Of a DNA stretch of 64,000 bases, positions 18,919 through 26,846 are shown piece by piece. This DNA is from a virus. The stretch lies in IMG/VR virus record IMGVR_UViG_3300042972_000006, positions 38-64,037 of that record; one strand, 5' to 3'. A program made the position numbers and the translations under genes. Positions within the stretch are counted from its first letter, which is position 1. Each line of letters begins with the position of its first letter. A model generated the notes under the pieces. The model saw nothing but the letters and a program-made list of their open reading frames with translations. It was not told the origin of the DNA and made no database searches.

Positions 18919-19875
18919 CTATTTGGCCCGCGAGGTGCGGACGTTGGTCTTGACGTCTTCGAAGAAGCGGACGCCGGGAAGGGTGATGCTGTCGATTCCG
19001 CCAGAAGCGACGGCGGCGTTCTTGAAGCGGGCGACCGCCGCATCCACGGCGTCGGCTGCAAGATATGGGCCGAGCGGCCCCAGGTCGGAGATCAGCGCGG
19101 CGCGGTCGGTGATCTCATGCGCCCAGAAGGTTTGAGCGCTGGCGCTGGCGCCTTCGCCCGCGACCTTAGAGAGCTTTCCGATCCCCCCGGTCGCAGCCTT
19201 CGCGGCCGTGGCGGCCTTGCGGTCAGCCTCGGCGGCGGCTTTGGACGCCTCCTCGGCGGCCTTCCGCTCCTCGGCGGCTTCCTGTTCGCGCTTCCGCATA
19301 GCCTCTTCGGCGGCCGCGCGTTCCTCAGCATCGGCGGCCGACCGGATGCGGGCGGCTTCGGCCTCCGCTTCGCGCTGGGCGGCCTCGGCCTTCCGTCGAG
19401 ATTCCTCTTCGGCCCGGCGGGCGGCTTCGGCGGCGGCGCGTTCCTGACGCTCGCGTTCCTCGCGCTCAGCCCGCTCTCGGGCGGCCTTGGCGCGCGTATA
19501 CGCATTGAGCGCCGAGAGCATGTCCTCGGCGGTCTTGTCGAGCGGCTTCTTCAGCTCTCCAAAGAAGGCGTCCACGGTCCGGCCGCTGCGAAGGAACGGT
19601 TCTTTCGTCTCGGTCCGGGTGGTCTCGGTTTCTCTGGACAGGGCCTTGAACTTGGCGATCAGAGCGGTGAAGGCCTGAGCGTCTTCTTCGGTGTCCACCT
19701 TCGACGGCAAGCCGAGGCGTTCGATCTCCAGGTCGGCCGCCCGGTCGCTAAGATCGCCGTGGTTCTCCTTCAGCCGGTCGAGGAGCGGATCGGCGTCCTC
19801 CGGCGCATTGTTGGACAGGCTGGGCGTGTCGGCCGGGGGCGATGCCCCGGCCTTCTTCAGAAGTTGACGAGCCAT
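18919..19875 (-). CDS. Coiled-coil protein of the recombination module
   Basis: 318 aa; KEPFLRSGRTVDAFF, A/E/R-rich coil, C-terminal LPGVRFFE. Confidence 0.75.
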   Translation of the reverse strand: MARQLLKKAGASPPADTPSLSNNAPEDADPLLDRLKENHGDLSDRAADLEIERLGLPSKVDTEEDAQAFTALIAKFKALSRETETTRTETKEPFLRSGRTVDAFFGELKKPLDKTAEDMLSALNAYTRAKAARERAEREERERQERAAAEAARRAEEESRRKAEAAQREAEAEAARIRSAADAEERAAAEEAMRKREQEAAEERKAAEEASKAAAEADRKAATAAKAATGGIGKLSKVAGEGASASAQTFWAHEITDRAALISDLGPLGPYLAADAVDAAVARFKNAAVASGGIDSITLPGVRFFEDVKTNVRTSRAK

Positions 19876-19877
19876 GG

Positions 19878-21068
19878 TCAGGCCTTCTCCATCATGGCGA
19901 CTTCATCATCGACCGGGCTGTCGTCCCATCCGAAATGAGGAAGAGAGATCGCCGGTCCTTCGGGATGATCAGGGTCGGTGTGATGCGGCTGTTCGATCCG
20001 ATACCAAGGTCGGTCGAGGCCGAAGCGATCCACGCATTTTCGATAGAGATCGACAGCACGGCGCGCCTTACGGAAACCCGACGTGTGGAAGCGGCCGCCC
20101 CATGGCTCGACGACCGGGAACAGGATCGGCGCACGTCCGGCCGGATCGGGTTTCTGATAGAAGAGCCAGACCCAATCCCACGGAAGGTCACGCTCGACGA
20201 TGGCGCGGAGATAGGTGCGCTGTTCCTCCGTCCCGCCGGAGATCGCCGCGTCGCCCCGGGCGGCGATGAGCTGATGCATCAGGAAGCGCGCTTCCTGATA
20301 GTGGCCGACCTGAATGTCCAAGCCGCCCCGGATGATATGGTCCCCGAGGAAGTGTTGAAGCTCGCGACCCTGCCAGTTTCCGACGGTCTTCAAGTCCATG
20401 GTGAAGAGCGGGACTGGCTTGTCGAAGCGCGCGCGCCAACGGATTCCGGATGCATCGGTCCAGAGGAAGGACAGCTCAGCCAAAGAGGGGAAATCCTCCC
20501 CCCACCCGAGGAGACCTTTCATCTCGGCGTCGCTCATGGCGGCGTCGTGCATGATGCGAAGGGCTCTGTCCTCGGGCGCCGAGACGGCAGGGCGCGGCGT
20601 TCCATCCGGGCCGACAAGGGCCTTCTGGAAGTCCCGCATGATCGCGCCCCACACGGAAACGCCGGGGAGGTTCTCGACTACTGTGTCTTCCCAATCCTCC
20701 TTTTTGTATTTGGAGGTTCCCTTCAGGTCGAAGCCCTCGTCCAACAGGGCTTGTTTCAGCTCGTCCGTGCTGACCAGAAGGCCCGGATAGTCGGACTTGC
20801 TCGGCTCGACTGCGAACCGGGTCTCATAGGCGCCGAGGCCTTCGAGCAACAGCGCGTGAAGGGCGGCTCCGAAGGTCAGGGCCTCCGTCTCCTCGCGCTT
20901 GCGGTCAGGGTTGTTGCGGCTCGACCACCACCACCCCTCACGCTCGAAGTGAAGTCGCTGAAGGTCGGACGACCCGAGGGCGTCCTGAGCGAAATAGACC
21001 TCTTCCGGGAGGCCGATATACACGCCGTCCGGAAGCTGTTCGGCGGCAATGTCAGGAAGGATCGCCAT
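19878..21068 (-). CDS. PD-(D/E)XK exonuclease (RecE/exonuclease VIII, DUF3799-like)
   Basis: DGVYIGLPEEVYF...LGSSDL...FGAALHALLLE...AELSF...RARFD...DLKT. Confidence 0.85.
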   Translation of the reverse strand: MAILPDIAAEQLPDGVYIGLPEEVYFAQDALGSSDLQRLHFEREGWWWSSRNNPDRKREETEALTFGAALHALLLEGLGAYETRFAVEPSKSDYPGLLVSTDELKQALLDEGFDLKGTSKYKKEDWEDTVVENLPGVSVWGAIMRDFQKALVGPDGTPRPAVSAPEDRALRIMHDAAMSDAEMKGLLGWGEDFPSLAELSFLWTDASGIRWRARFDKPVPLFTMDLKTVGNWQGRELQHFLGDHIIRGGLDIQVGHYQEARFLMHQLIAARGDAAISGGTEEQRTYLRAIVERDLPWDWVWLFYQKPDPAGRAPILFPVVEPWGGRFHTSGFRKARRAVDLYRKCVDRFGLDRPWYRIEQPHHTDPDHPEGPAISLPHFGWDDSPVDDEVAMMEKA

Positions 21069-21345
21069 CGGGGGCCGTCTCCTTGGCTGGGGGTGAAACG
21101 ACGAAGGAAGGGAGAGTTTGGCCGAGCATCTCGCCAATCGCGGACATGGCCTTCACGCCCTTCTGGACGTTCTCCTCGTTTGCCCGAAGCTGGCTGAGGA
21201 AGAAGTAGCTTTCCGCGACCATGATCTTCGTCCCTATGGCCCATTGATCGGACGAGATGCCCGAGGAACCTGAAACCTTCGACAAGTCGCTACCGTGCAT
21301 CTCGACGAGGTAAGTTGAGGGTCCGGTCTTGCCGATGATCTTCAT
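21052..21345 (-). CDS. Hypothetical protein
   Basis: 97 aa; ATGA overlap. Confidence 0.6.
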   Translation of the reverse strand: MKIIGKTGPSTYLVEMHGSDLSKVSGSSGISSDQWAIGTKIMVAESYFFLSQLRANEENVQKGVKAMSAIGEMLGQTLPSFVVSPPAKETAPDGDPS

Positions 21346-21536
21346 GAGGATGGCGCCCGCTTTCCGCCCTTCTCGCCGCCCTTGCGACCGGCCGCCGAGG
21401 CGAGGTCTCGGTTCTGGCTGAAAGATCGGTTCTCCGGCTTGACGCTGGCGCCGCCCTTGCGGGCGATCTCGCGCTGACGTTCCGGGGACATGGAGGCGAA
21501 GCCGCGTCGCGACTTGCCGGAGGGTTTCTCGGTCAT
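21342..21536 (-). CDS. KGG-repeat general stress protein (GsiB/YciG-like)
   Basis: RGFASMSPERQREIARKGG...RSFSQNRDLASAAGRKGG; GAGG RBS. Confidence 0.9.
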   Translation of the reverse strand: MTEKPSGKSRRGFASMSPERQREIARKGGASVKPENRSFSQNRDLASAAGRKGGEKGGKRAPSS

Positions 21537-21805
21537 GGTTTCCTCTTCAGGGTGGTGGCCCGCTGGATGCGAGCTGAGCGGAAGGATTCCGCGTCCGTGA
21601 TGGCCGCGCCGATCATGTCGGCCATGGTGCGCGAGAGGGCGGCGGCCGACGGGTTGCCGGATTCGGTCGCCTTTCGCGTGTCGTCGATGTAGAGCGCCCG
21701 CGTTGCGGCCGCGTCGACGATCGGCATGACGATGGGATAGGCGCTGCCAAAGGCTGCGACGATATATTCCCCGCAAGCGGACGCGCGAACGTAGGGAGTG
21801 GTCAA
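21533..21805 (-). CDS. Hypothetical protein, first gene of the left arm
   Basis: GGAG RBS and TTG start. Confidence 0.6.
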   Translation of the reverse strand: MTTPYVRASACGEYIVAAFGSAYPIVMPIVDAAATRALYIDDTRKATESGNPSAAALSRTMADMIGAAITDAESFRSARIQRATTLKRKP

Positions 21806-21949
21806 AGGTCTCTCCGTGGGTGTGGTGCAACCCGCTCCCAGGTGAACGCGGGAGCTTCACCTTTATTCACCTTGACGATCCGGAGCGCAAGCTCTTCCTT
21901 AAGCGCGACCTGGCACCCGCCCGGTTAGGCACCATGGAGACCCCCCAAA
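21806..21949. promoter_or_regulatory. Divergent control region with promoters and repeated TTCACCT motifs
   Basis: Strand switch; minus-strand TTGCGC-N16-GAATAAAG (21861-21890); plus-strand TTGACG at 21872; TTCACCTT at 21856 and 21866, inverted AGGTGAA at 21840. Confidence 0.6.
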
Positions 21950-22888
21950 ATGGCAAAGACCCTTGGAGCGAAGGGCGGCGATAACGTCACCAAGCTCCCC
22001 ACCCGAGCCGCGCGCGGCGCCGGGAAGAGCAAGCCCTCGGCCGATCCGAAGCGCATGAAGCCCGCTATCCCGAGCGAGAAGAAGACCCCGGCCGCCGCGG
22101 CGACCGCCCAGCCGGAGACGCAAGCGGATCGCGACCGCAAGCTCCGCGAGAACCTTCAGGCCCGCCTTGTCGGCCTCCGCTCTAATCACAACTCCATCGT
22201 GGCGGCCGAGGAAGCCCTGAAGGCGGAGCTTCGCGAGCTGACCGCCAAGAAGAAGGAAATCCGCGCGGCGGTTCAGCAATGCGGCGTTCCGTTGTCGGTC
22301 TTCGACGAGGCTCTTGGCGACGCCGAGGCGACCCGCGTTGACCTGAAGGCCAAGGAGAAGGCCCGCGACCTGATCCGCGAAGCCTACGGCCTCGTCACCC
22401 TGACCCAGCCAGACCTTCTGGATAACCTCCCCGAGGCGGCCAAGCCCGGCGTCTATTGGGAGGCTCAGGGCTATCAGGACGGCATCGCCGGGAAGTTCTG
22501 CGAAATCCCGGCCGGTTGTCCGCCGGAGAACGAACCCGACTATCGGCGCGGCTTCGATAATGCCATGGAGGCCAACGCCAAGGGCATCAAGGCGCTGGAC
22601 GAGTTCAAGGCGACGCCGCCATCGCAAGCCGATGATGACGAAGGCGCCGGCGACGGAAGCGACGATGAGACGCCGGAAGCGAAGCGCGACGCGGACTTTG
22701 CGGCTATCTCCGAAGGCTTGGAGCAGGCGGTCGAGATGGAAGAGGCGGCCAAGACCGACGAGGGCGACGCGGCTCCATCCGATGCGAGCGCTGAAGGGGA
22801 CGACTTCGAGGCGACGCCCGAGGAACTCGCCGCTCAGACGCCGCGCGCGGCCCTGGATAGCGCCGATCCGGTCGAGGTCTTCCACTGA
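21950..22888 (+). CDS. Hypothetical protein (basic N-terminus, coiled coil, RMF-like motif, acidic tail)
   Basis: 312 aa; GGAG RBS; QGYQDGIAGK...YRRGF motif. Confidence 0.75.
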   Translation: MAKTLGAKGGDNVTKLPTRAARGAGKSKPSADPKRMKPAIPSEKKTPAAAATAQPETQADRDRKLRENLQARLVGLRSNHNSIVAAEEALKAELRELTAKKKEIRAAVQQCGVPLSVFDEALGDAEATRVDLKAKEKARDLIREAYGLVTLTQPDLLDNLPEAAKPGVYWEAQGYQDGIAGKFCEIPAGCPPENEPDYRRGFDNAMEANAKGIKALDEFKATPPSQADDDEGAGDGSDDETPEAKRDADFAAISEGLEQAVEMEEAAKTDEGDAAPSDASAEGDDFEATPEELAAQTPRAALDSADPVEVFH

Positions 22889-23448
22889 CGGCCTCACTCG
22901 CCGCGTTGGACATAGCCCCGCGCTCGGTGGGCTGGTGTGCCGGAGATGGCCGCCAGCTCCCCGGGTGCGGGGCTTGGCCTTTCCCGAGGCCACGTCCTGA
23001 GGAGATCGGCCTCCTCCTCGACCTGTTCGACACACAGTTGAACATCATGATCGACCGCTTCCAGCCGGAGGCCATCGCGTTCGAAGCCCCGATCCTCGTC
23101 CACAAAAGCAAATGGTCGCAGCGGAACGACCGTCTCGAAGACGTGGCGAGAATGCTGGCCATGACGGGACACGTAGAGTTCATCTGTCAGCGCCGGGGGA
23201 TTGACTGCTACCAGGTCGATCTTCGCGACGTGAAGAAGGAACTGGCGGGTTTCTGTTCGGCCGAGAAGGACGACATGATCGCCGCCGCCGAGAAGGTGGG
23301 CCTCTCCCTTCCGCCTTCGCCTCAGCGTTCCCGAGAGGACGCGGCCGACGCCTTTGGGGTTTGGCTCTTGCTACTTCGCCAGTTCTCCCCTCTTTTAAGC
23401 CAACGCTTCGATTCGGCCCTGTGGGGCAGTCGCGGCGCCCTGTTCTGA
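22885..23448 (+). CDS. RuvC-like Holliday junction resolvase
   Basis: LAALDIA...AIAFEAP...VKKELAG...AEKDDMI...EDAADAFGVW; start probably CTG 22885 (track start TTG 22906). Confidence 0.8.
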   Translation: MTASLAALDIAPRSVGWCAGDGRQLPGCGAWPFPRPRPEEIGLLLDLFDTQLNIMIDRFQPEAIAFEAPILVHKSKWSQRNDRLEDVARMLAMTGHVEFICQRRGIDCYQVDLRDVKKELAGFCSAEKDDMIAAAEKVGLSLPPSPQRSREDAADAFGVWLLLLRQFSPLLSQRFDSALWGSRGALF

Positions 23449-23472
23449 AATCCCGTCACGGAGCGCCAGCCG

Positions 23473-23823
23473 ATGACCCCCCGACAATCCCAACTTCTCC
23501 GGTTCATCTCGGAGGAGCTGCGCGCCAATGATGGCGTCGCCCCGACCTTCCAAGAGATGAGCGATCATCTGAAGCTGGGGTCGAAATCCCAAGTCCACCG
23601 CCTCCTTGCCTCGCTCGAACGGGCGCGGTTCATCCGACGGATACCGGGCCGGTCCCGCGCGATTGAGGTGATCCGGCTCCCGAGGGTTCCCGTTCCCCGA
23701 TCTACCGATCCCGCCATAGTCGCCGCCAGCATTGAAGCGCGCTTCGGCCCCGTGCGTGAAGGCGTTCTCGTCGTCCGCCTCGCTGAACTGTGCGACTTCC
23801 TGACCGCCGAGAACCTGACCTGA
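23473..23823 (+). CDS. LexA-like DNA-binding protein lacking the S24 peptidase domain
   Basis: TPRQSQLLRFI...PTFQEM...KSQVHRLLASLERARFIRR...RAIEVI; only 116 aa. Confidence 0.85.
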   Translation: MTPRQSQLLRFISEELRANDGVAPTFQEMSDHLKLGSKSQVHRLLASLERARFIRRIPGRSRAIEVIRLPRVPVPRSTDPAIVAASIEARFGPVREGVLVVRLAELCDFLTAENLT

Positions 23824-25853
23824 TGCTCCCCCGTTCCCCCCGCTTCATCTGCATTTGCTCCGGCATCTCGGCGCCGACGGTGGCGCTCAAGCCGATGGGC
23901 TTCGAACCTCTGGCCTATGCGGAGATCGACCCGGCCGCCGCCGCGATCCTGTCCGAACGCCATGGCGCCGGTCGCCCGCTGTTCATGCCTGACCCTGAAC
24001 TGACCCTTGATCCGGCCGAGCGCCGGGCGCGGGAGAACGCGATCAAGGCCTTGTCGCGCGTCGAATGGGCGGATCGCATCCCGAACTATGGCGACTTCAC
24101 CCGGCTCCGGGATGACCCGATTATCGCGGACGCGGACATGACTATCGGCGGGACGCCCTGCCAAGATTTTTCAATCGCAGGCCTCCGGGCCTCCCTCGGC
24201 GGAGACCGGGGCAATCTGACGATGGAGTTCATCCGCCTTGCAAACGCAACTGACGATCTTCGACAGTCTATGGGACGACCCCCAGCCTTCCACCTCTGGG
24301 AAAACGTCCTCGGAGCCCTCACAACCAAGGACAACGCCCTCGGCACCTTCTTGGGAGGCATGGTCGGCTTTGATCGGCCCATCGAACCGCCTAAGGGGGG
24401 AAGCTGGCCTCGCGCAGGTGTGGTTCATGGACCCGACCGGGTGGCCGCATGGCGGGTCTTGGACACCCAGCACTTCGGACTACCCCAACGAAGGCGGCGG
24501 GTCTTCGTGCTTTCTCGTCGACATCCTAGAGGCTGGGCCGTTGCCGACGCGCTACTTCCTATCATCGAAAGCATGTGCGGGCATCCTCCGCCGCGCGAAG
24601 GGGCGCGGGAAGGAGCTTCCCCCCACGCTGAAGGAGGCGCTGGAGACGCAAGCGTTCAGGGAAATGGAGGCCGAGGGGATGGACGTCCGGTCTCTGTCAG
24701 AGACGGATCGGACGGCGCTTCTCGACCTCATGGCGGGGGACGACCTGGAGGACGAGGACGAAACCCCGGAAGAGTAGTCCCGGGCGGCGCGCCGGAGATC
24801 ACCGGAACCGTGAGCGCCAAATGGGCCAAGGGGACCGGCGGTCCGTCGGGCGACGAGGCGTATAATCTGATCGCCGTCGAGTCGGATCATGAGGCCGTGG
24901 CGTTCTCCATGCGCGGTCGCGATGGGGAGAACATGGCGGAGGCTGAGGCCGATCCAGTCAGCCCCACGATCCGCACGGGCGGCGGGGACAGCTCGAAGCC
25001 ATTCGTGGCCCAGAAGGGTTCGCATCTGAAGGCCTTCCCCATCGCTCGGGATGCCCTTCGGGGCGACAGCGTGGCCAAGACCGCCACGCCGGACGCGGCG
25101 GGCCTCGTTCGCAAGCGGAATGCCGGGATCGGTATTGGCGACGAGGGCGACCCCGCTTTCACGCTGACGGCGAGCGGCGCGCCCGTAGTCGCGCTGGCGT
25201 CAGACGAACCCCGCGCCTTCAACCTTTCGCCCGGCTCGGGTTCGACCGGCGTCCCCAGCGCAGTCGAGACGGACATCGCCGCCACGATTACTGCGACCGG
25301 AGAGGCAGACAAGAACGGCCGGGGGACGCACGTCCTTCATGGCGTTGCGCTTGCCGAGAACCAACGCGGCGAGCTGAGGACGTCGGACATCGCAATGTCT
25401 ATGTCTACGGGAGGAGGAAAGCCCGGCCAAGGAACGCCGGTCGCCTTCACCGTCTCGCAACAGAGCAACGGGTTCGCGTGGGAGAACGACACGGCTCCTA
25501 CGCTCATGGCGAGGCAGGAAAGCCCGACGTCGAGCCAGTTCTCCGGCCTCCGGGTCGGCGTCATGGTGCGCCGCCTGACCCCGCTCGAATGTGAGAAGCT
25601 CATGGGCTTCCCCGAACACTTCACGCTGATCCCCTACGGATCGGCGGCGCGGACGCCTGAAGACCTGGAGGAGACCTATCAATACCTCCTCGCGTGGGGC
25701 TTCGGGGAGAACGAGGCGCGGGCGCTGGCCGACGTCCCTGACGGTCATCGCTACCGCGTCCTCGGGAACTCCATGGGCGTCCACGTCATCAGGCACATTG
25801 GCCGGGGCGTCCTCCGTGAGCTGGAGAAGGAGGCCGCCCTTGGCCTCTTCTGA
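23823..25853 (+). CDS. C5-cytosine DNA methyltransferase with a very long variable region
   Basis: Motifs I CSGI, IV GGTPCQDFS, VI ENV, VIII QRRRRVF, IX RRLTPLECEKLMGFP, X LGNS. Confidence 0.92.
   Translation: MLPRSPRFICICSGISAPTVALKPMGFEPLAYAEIDPAAAAILSERHGAGRPLFMPDPELTLDPAERRARENAIKALSRVEWADRIPNYGDFTRLRDDPIIADADMTIGGTPCQDFSIAGLRASLGGDRGNLTMEFIRLANATDDLRQSMGRPPAFHLWENVLGALTTKDNALGTFLGGMVGFDRPIEPPKGGSWPRAGVVHGPDRVAAWRVLDTQHFGLPQRRRRVFVLSRRHPRGWAVADALLPIIESMCGHPPPREGAREGASPHAEGGAGDASVQGNGGRGDGRPVSVRDGSDGASRPHGGGRPGGRGRNPGRVVPGGAPEITGTVSAKWAKGTGGPSGDEAYNLIAVESDHEAVAFSMRGRDGENMAEAEADPVSPTIRTGGGDSSKPFVAQKGSHLKAFPIARDALRGDSVAKTATPDAAGLVRKRNAGIGIGDEGDPAFTLTASGAPVVALASDEPRAFNLSPGSGSTGVPSAVETDIAATITATGEADKNGRGTHVLHGVALAENQRGELRTSDIAMSMSTGGGKPGQGTPVAFTVSQQSNGFAWENDTAPTLMARQESPTSSQFSGLRVGVMVRRLTPLECEKLMGFPEHFTLIPYGSAARTPEDLEETYQYLLAWGFGENEARALADVPDGHRYRVLGNSMGVHVIRHIGRGVLRELEKEAALGLF
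24238..24777 (+). CDS. Nested out-of-frame ORF, M.EcoHK31I beta-subunit-like
   Basis: GGAG then TTG; LVDILEAGPLPTRYFLSSKACAGILRRAKGRGKELPPTL motif; entirely inside the MTase gene in another frame. Confidence 0.65.
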   Translation: MQTQLTIFDSLWDDPQPSTSGKTSSEPSQPRTTPSAPSWEAWSALIGPSNRLRGEAGLAQVWFMDPTGWPHGGSWTPSTSDYPNEGGGSSCFLVDILEAGPLPTRYFLSSKACAGILRRAKGRGKELPPTLKEALETQAFREMEAEGMDVRSLSETDRTALLDLMAGDDLEDEDETPEE

Positions 25854-26052
25854 CCTGTTCGGCTTTGACGATCCTCCCGCCGCCCCAGCGACGGCCGTTT
25901 CTGACTTGTGCGATGAACCCCCTTGGGATCATGGCCATGTCTGCCGCGTCGGTGGCGGAGACGCCTGTTATAGCGACGACAGCGGCCGGACATGGTTCTG
26001 TCGCCGCCATGCCCCCAAGGACTTCCTTCCGAAAGACCGTGTTTCCCCATGA
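25840..26052 (+). CDS. Small Cys/His zinc-binding protein
   Basis: AAGGAGG RBS and TTG; HVC...C...WFCRRH. Confidence 0.6.
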   Translation: MASSDLFGFDDPPAAPATAVSDLCDEPPWDHGHVCRVGGGDACYSDDSGRTWFCRRHAPKDFLPKDRVSP

Positions 26053-26684
26053 CTGATGAGACCATGACGGCCGAGATCGGCCCTGTCCCGAAGAACGCCC
26101 AGAAATGGCCCCGCCACCCGGACGAGTGGTATGTAGAGCCTCAGACGTCGACGCGGTTTCTTCTGGAGCGAGAGCGCTTCGTCGGACGCTGTTGGGATCC
26201 GTGCTGCGGCGGGGGGAACATCGTGCGGACCCTCCTCGATGCCGGGATCGACGCCATCGGGACGGATATCCGGACGCGCGTCCCGGGCGCGCCGTGGTTT
26301 GCTGGAGAGCTGGATTTCCGTCACGGCGATCCCGCAACCTTCCCTCTGGCGTCCAACATCATCTTCAACCCGCCGTTCTTCCGCGGCGACGGATCGGAAG
26401 AATGCATCATTCAGGCACTCGGGTTGAGCGTTCAGAAGGTGGCCGCCTTCCTGCCCATGCGTTTCCTCTTCGGAGAGCGGCGCGCGCCGCGCTTCTGGAT
26501 CGGCCGAGAGCCGTCTCGCATCTGGCCCGTCTATCCCCGGCCGAGTTGTCCCCCGGGCGACTTCCTTGAGCGCGGCGGAGAGGCCAAGGGCGGCACCGAT
26601 GACTTCGTTTGGGCTGTGTGGGACCGGGGGATGAGCGGTGGATATTCGCGCTTCACATGGGCGCCGCCGAAAAGGGACGCTTGA
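26049..26684 (+). CDS. Amino (N6-adenine or N4-cytosine) DNA methyltransferase
   Basis: DEWYVEP, WDPCCGGGNI (SAM-binding), NPPF (catalytic). Confidence 0.85.
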   Translation: MTDETMTAEIGPVPKNAQKWPRHPDEWYVEPQTSTRFLLERERFVGRCWDPCCGGGNIVRTLLDAGIDAIGTDIRTRVPGAPWFAGELDFRHGDPATFPLASNIIFNPPFFRGDGSEECIIQALGLSVQKVAAFLPMRFLFGERRAPRFWIGREPSRIWPVYPRPSCPPGDFLERGGEAKGGTDDFVWAVWDRGMSGGYSRFTWAPPKRDA

Positions 26685-26846
26685 AGGGGGGCGAAATCAG
26701 ATGTTGAGGAGAAAGGCGCCCCCCGGGCGTGGCACCACACCGGCCCGGGGGGCTAACCGATGCGATCCGAAGAGACGGGGGACGCGGCGGCTGTTCGAAG
26801 CGATAGCGACCGAGGCCCGTCTCGACAAGACCGAAAGGCGGTCGTC

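Noticed and set aside
19140-19500. TolA- or IF2-like A/E/R/K repeats
   Set aside because: Compositional coiled-coil similarity only; no TM anchor or GTPase domain
19842-21197. 451-aa plus-strand ORF
   Set aside because: Antisense to the RecE-like nuclease, which has clear catalytic motifs
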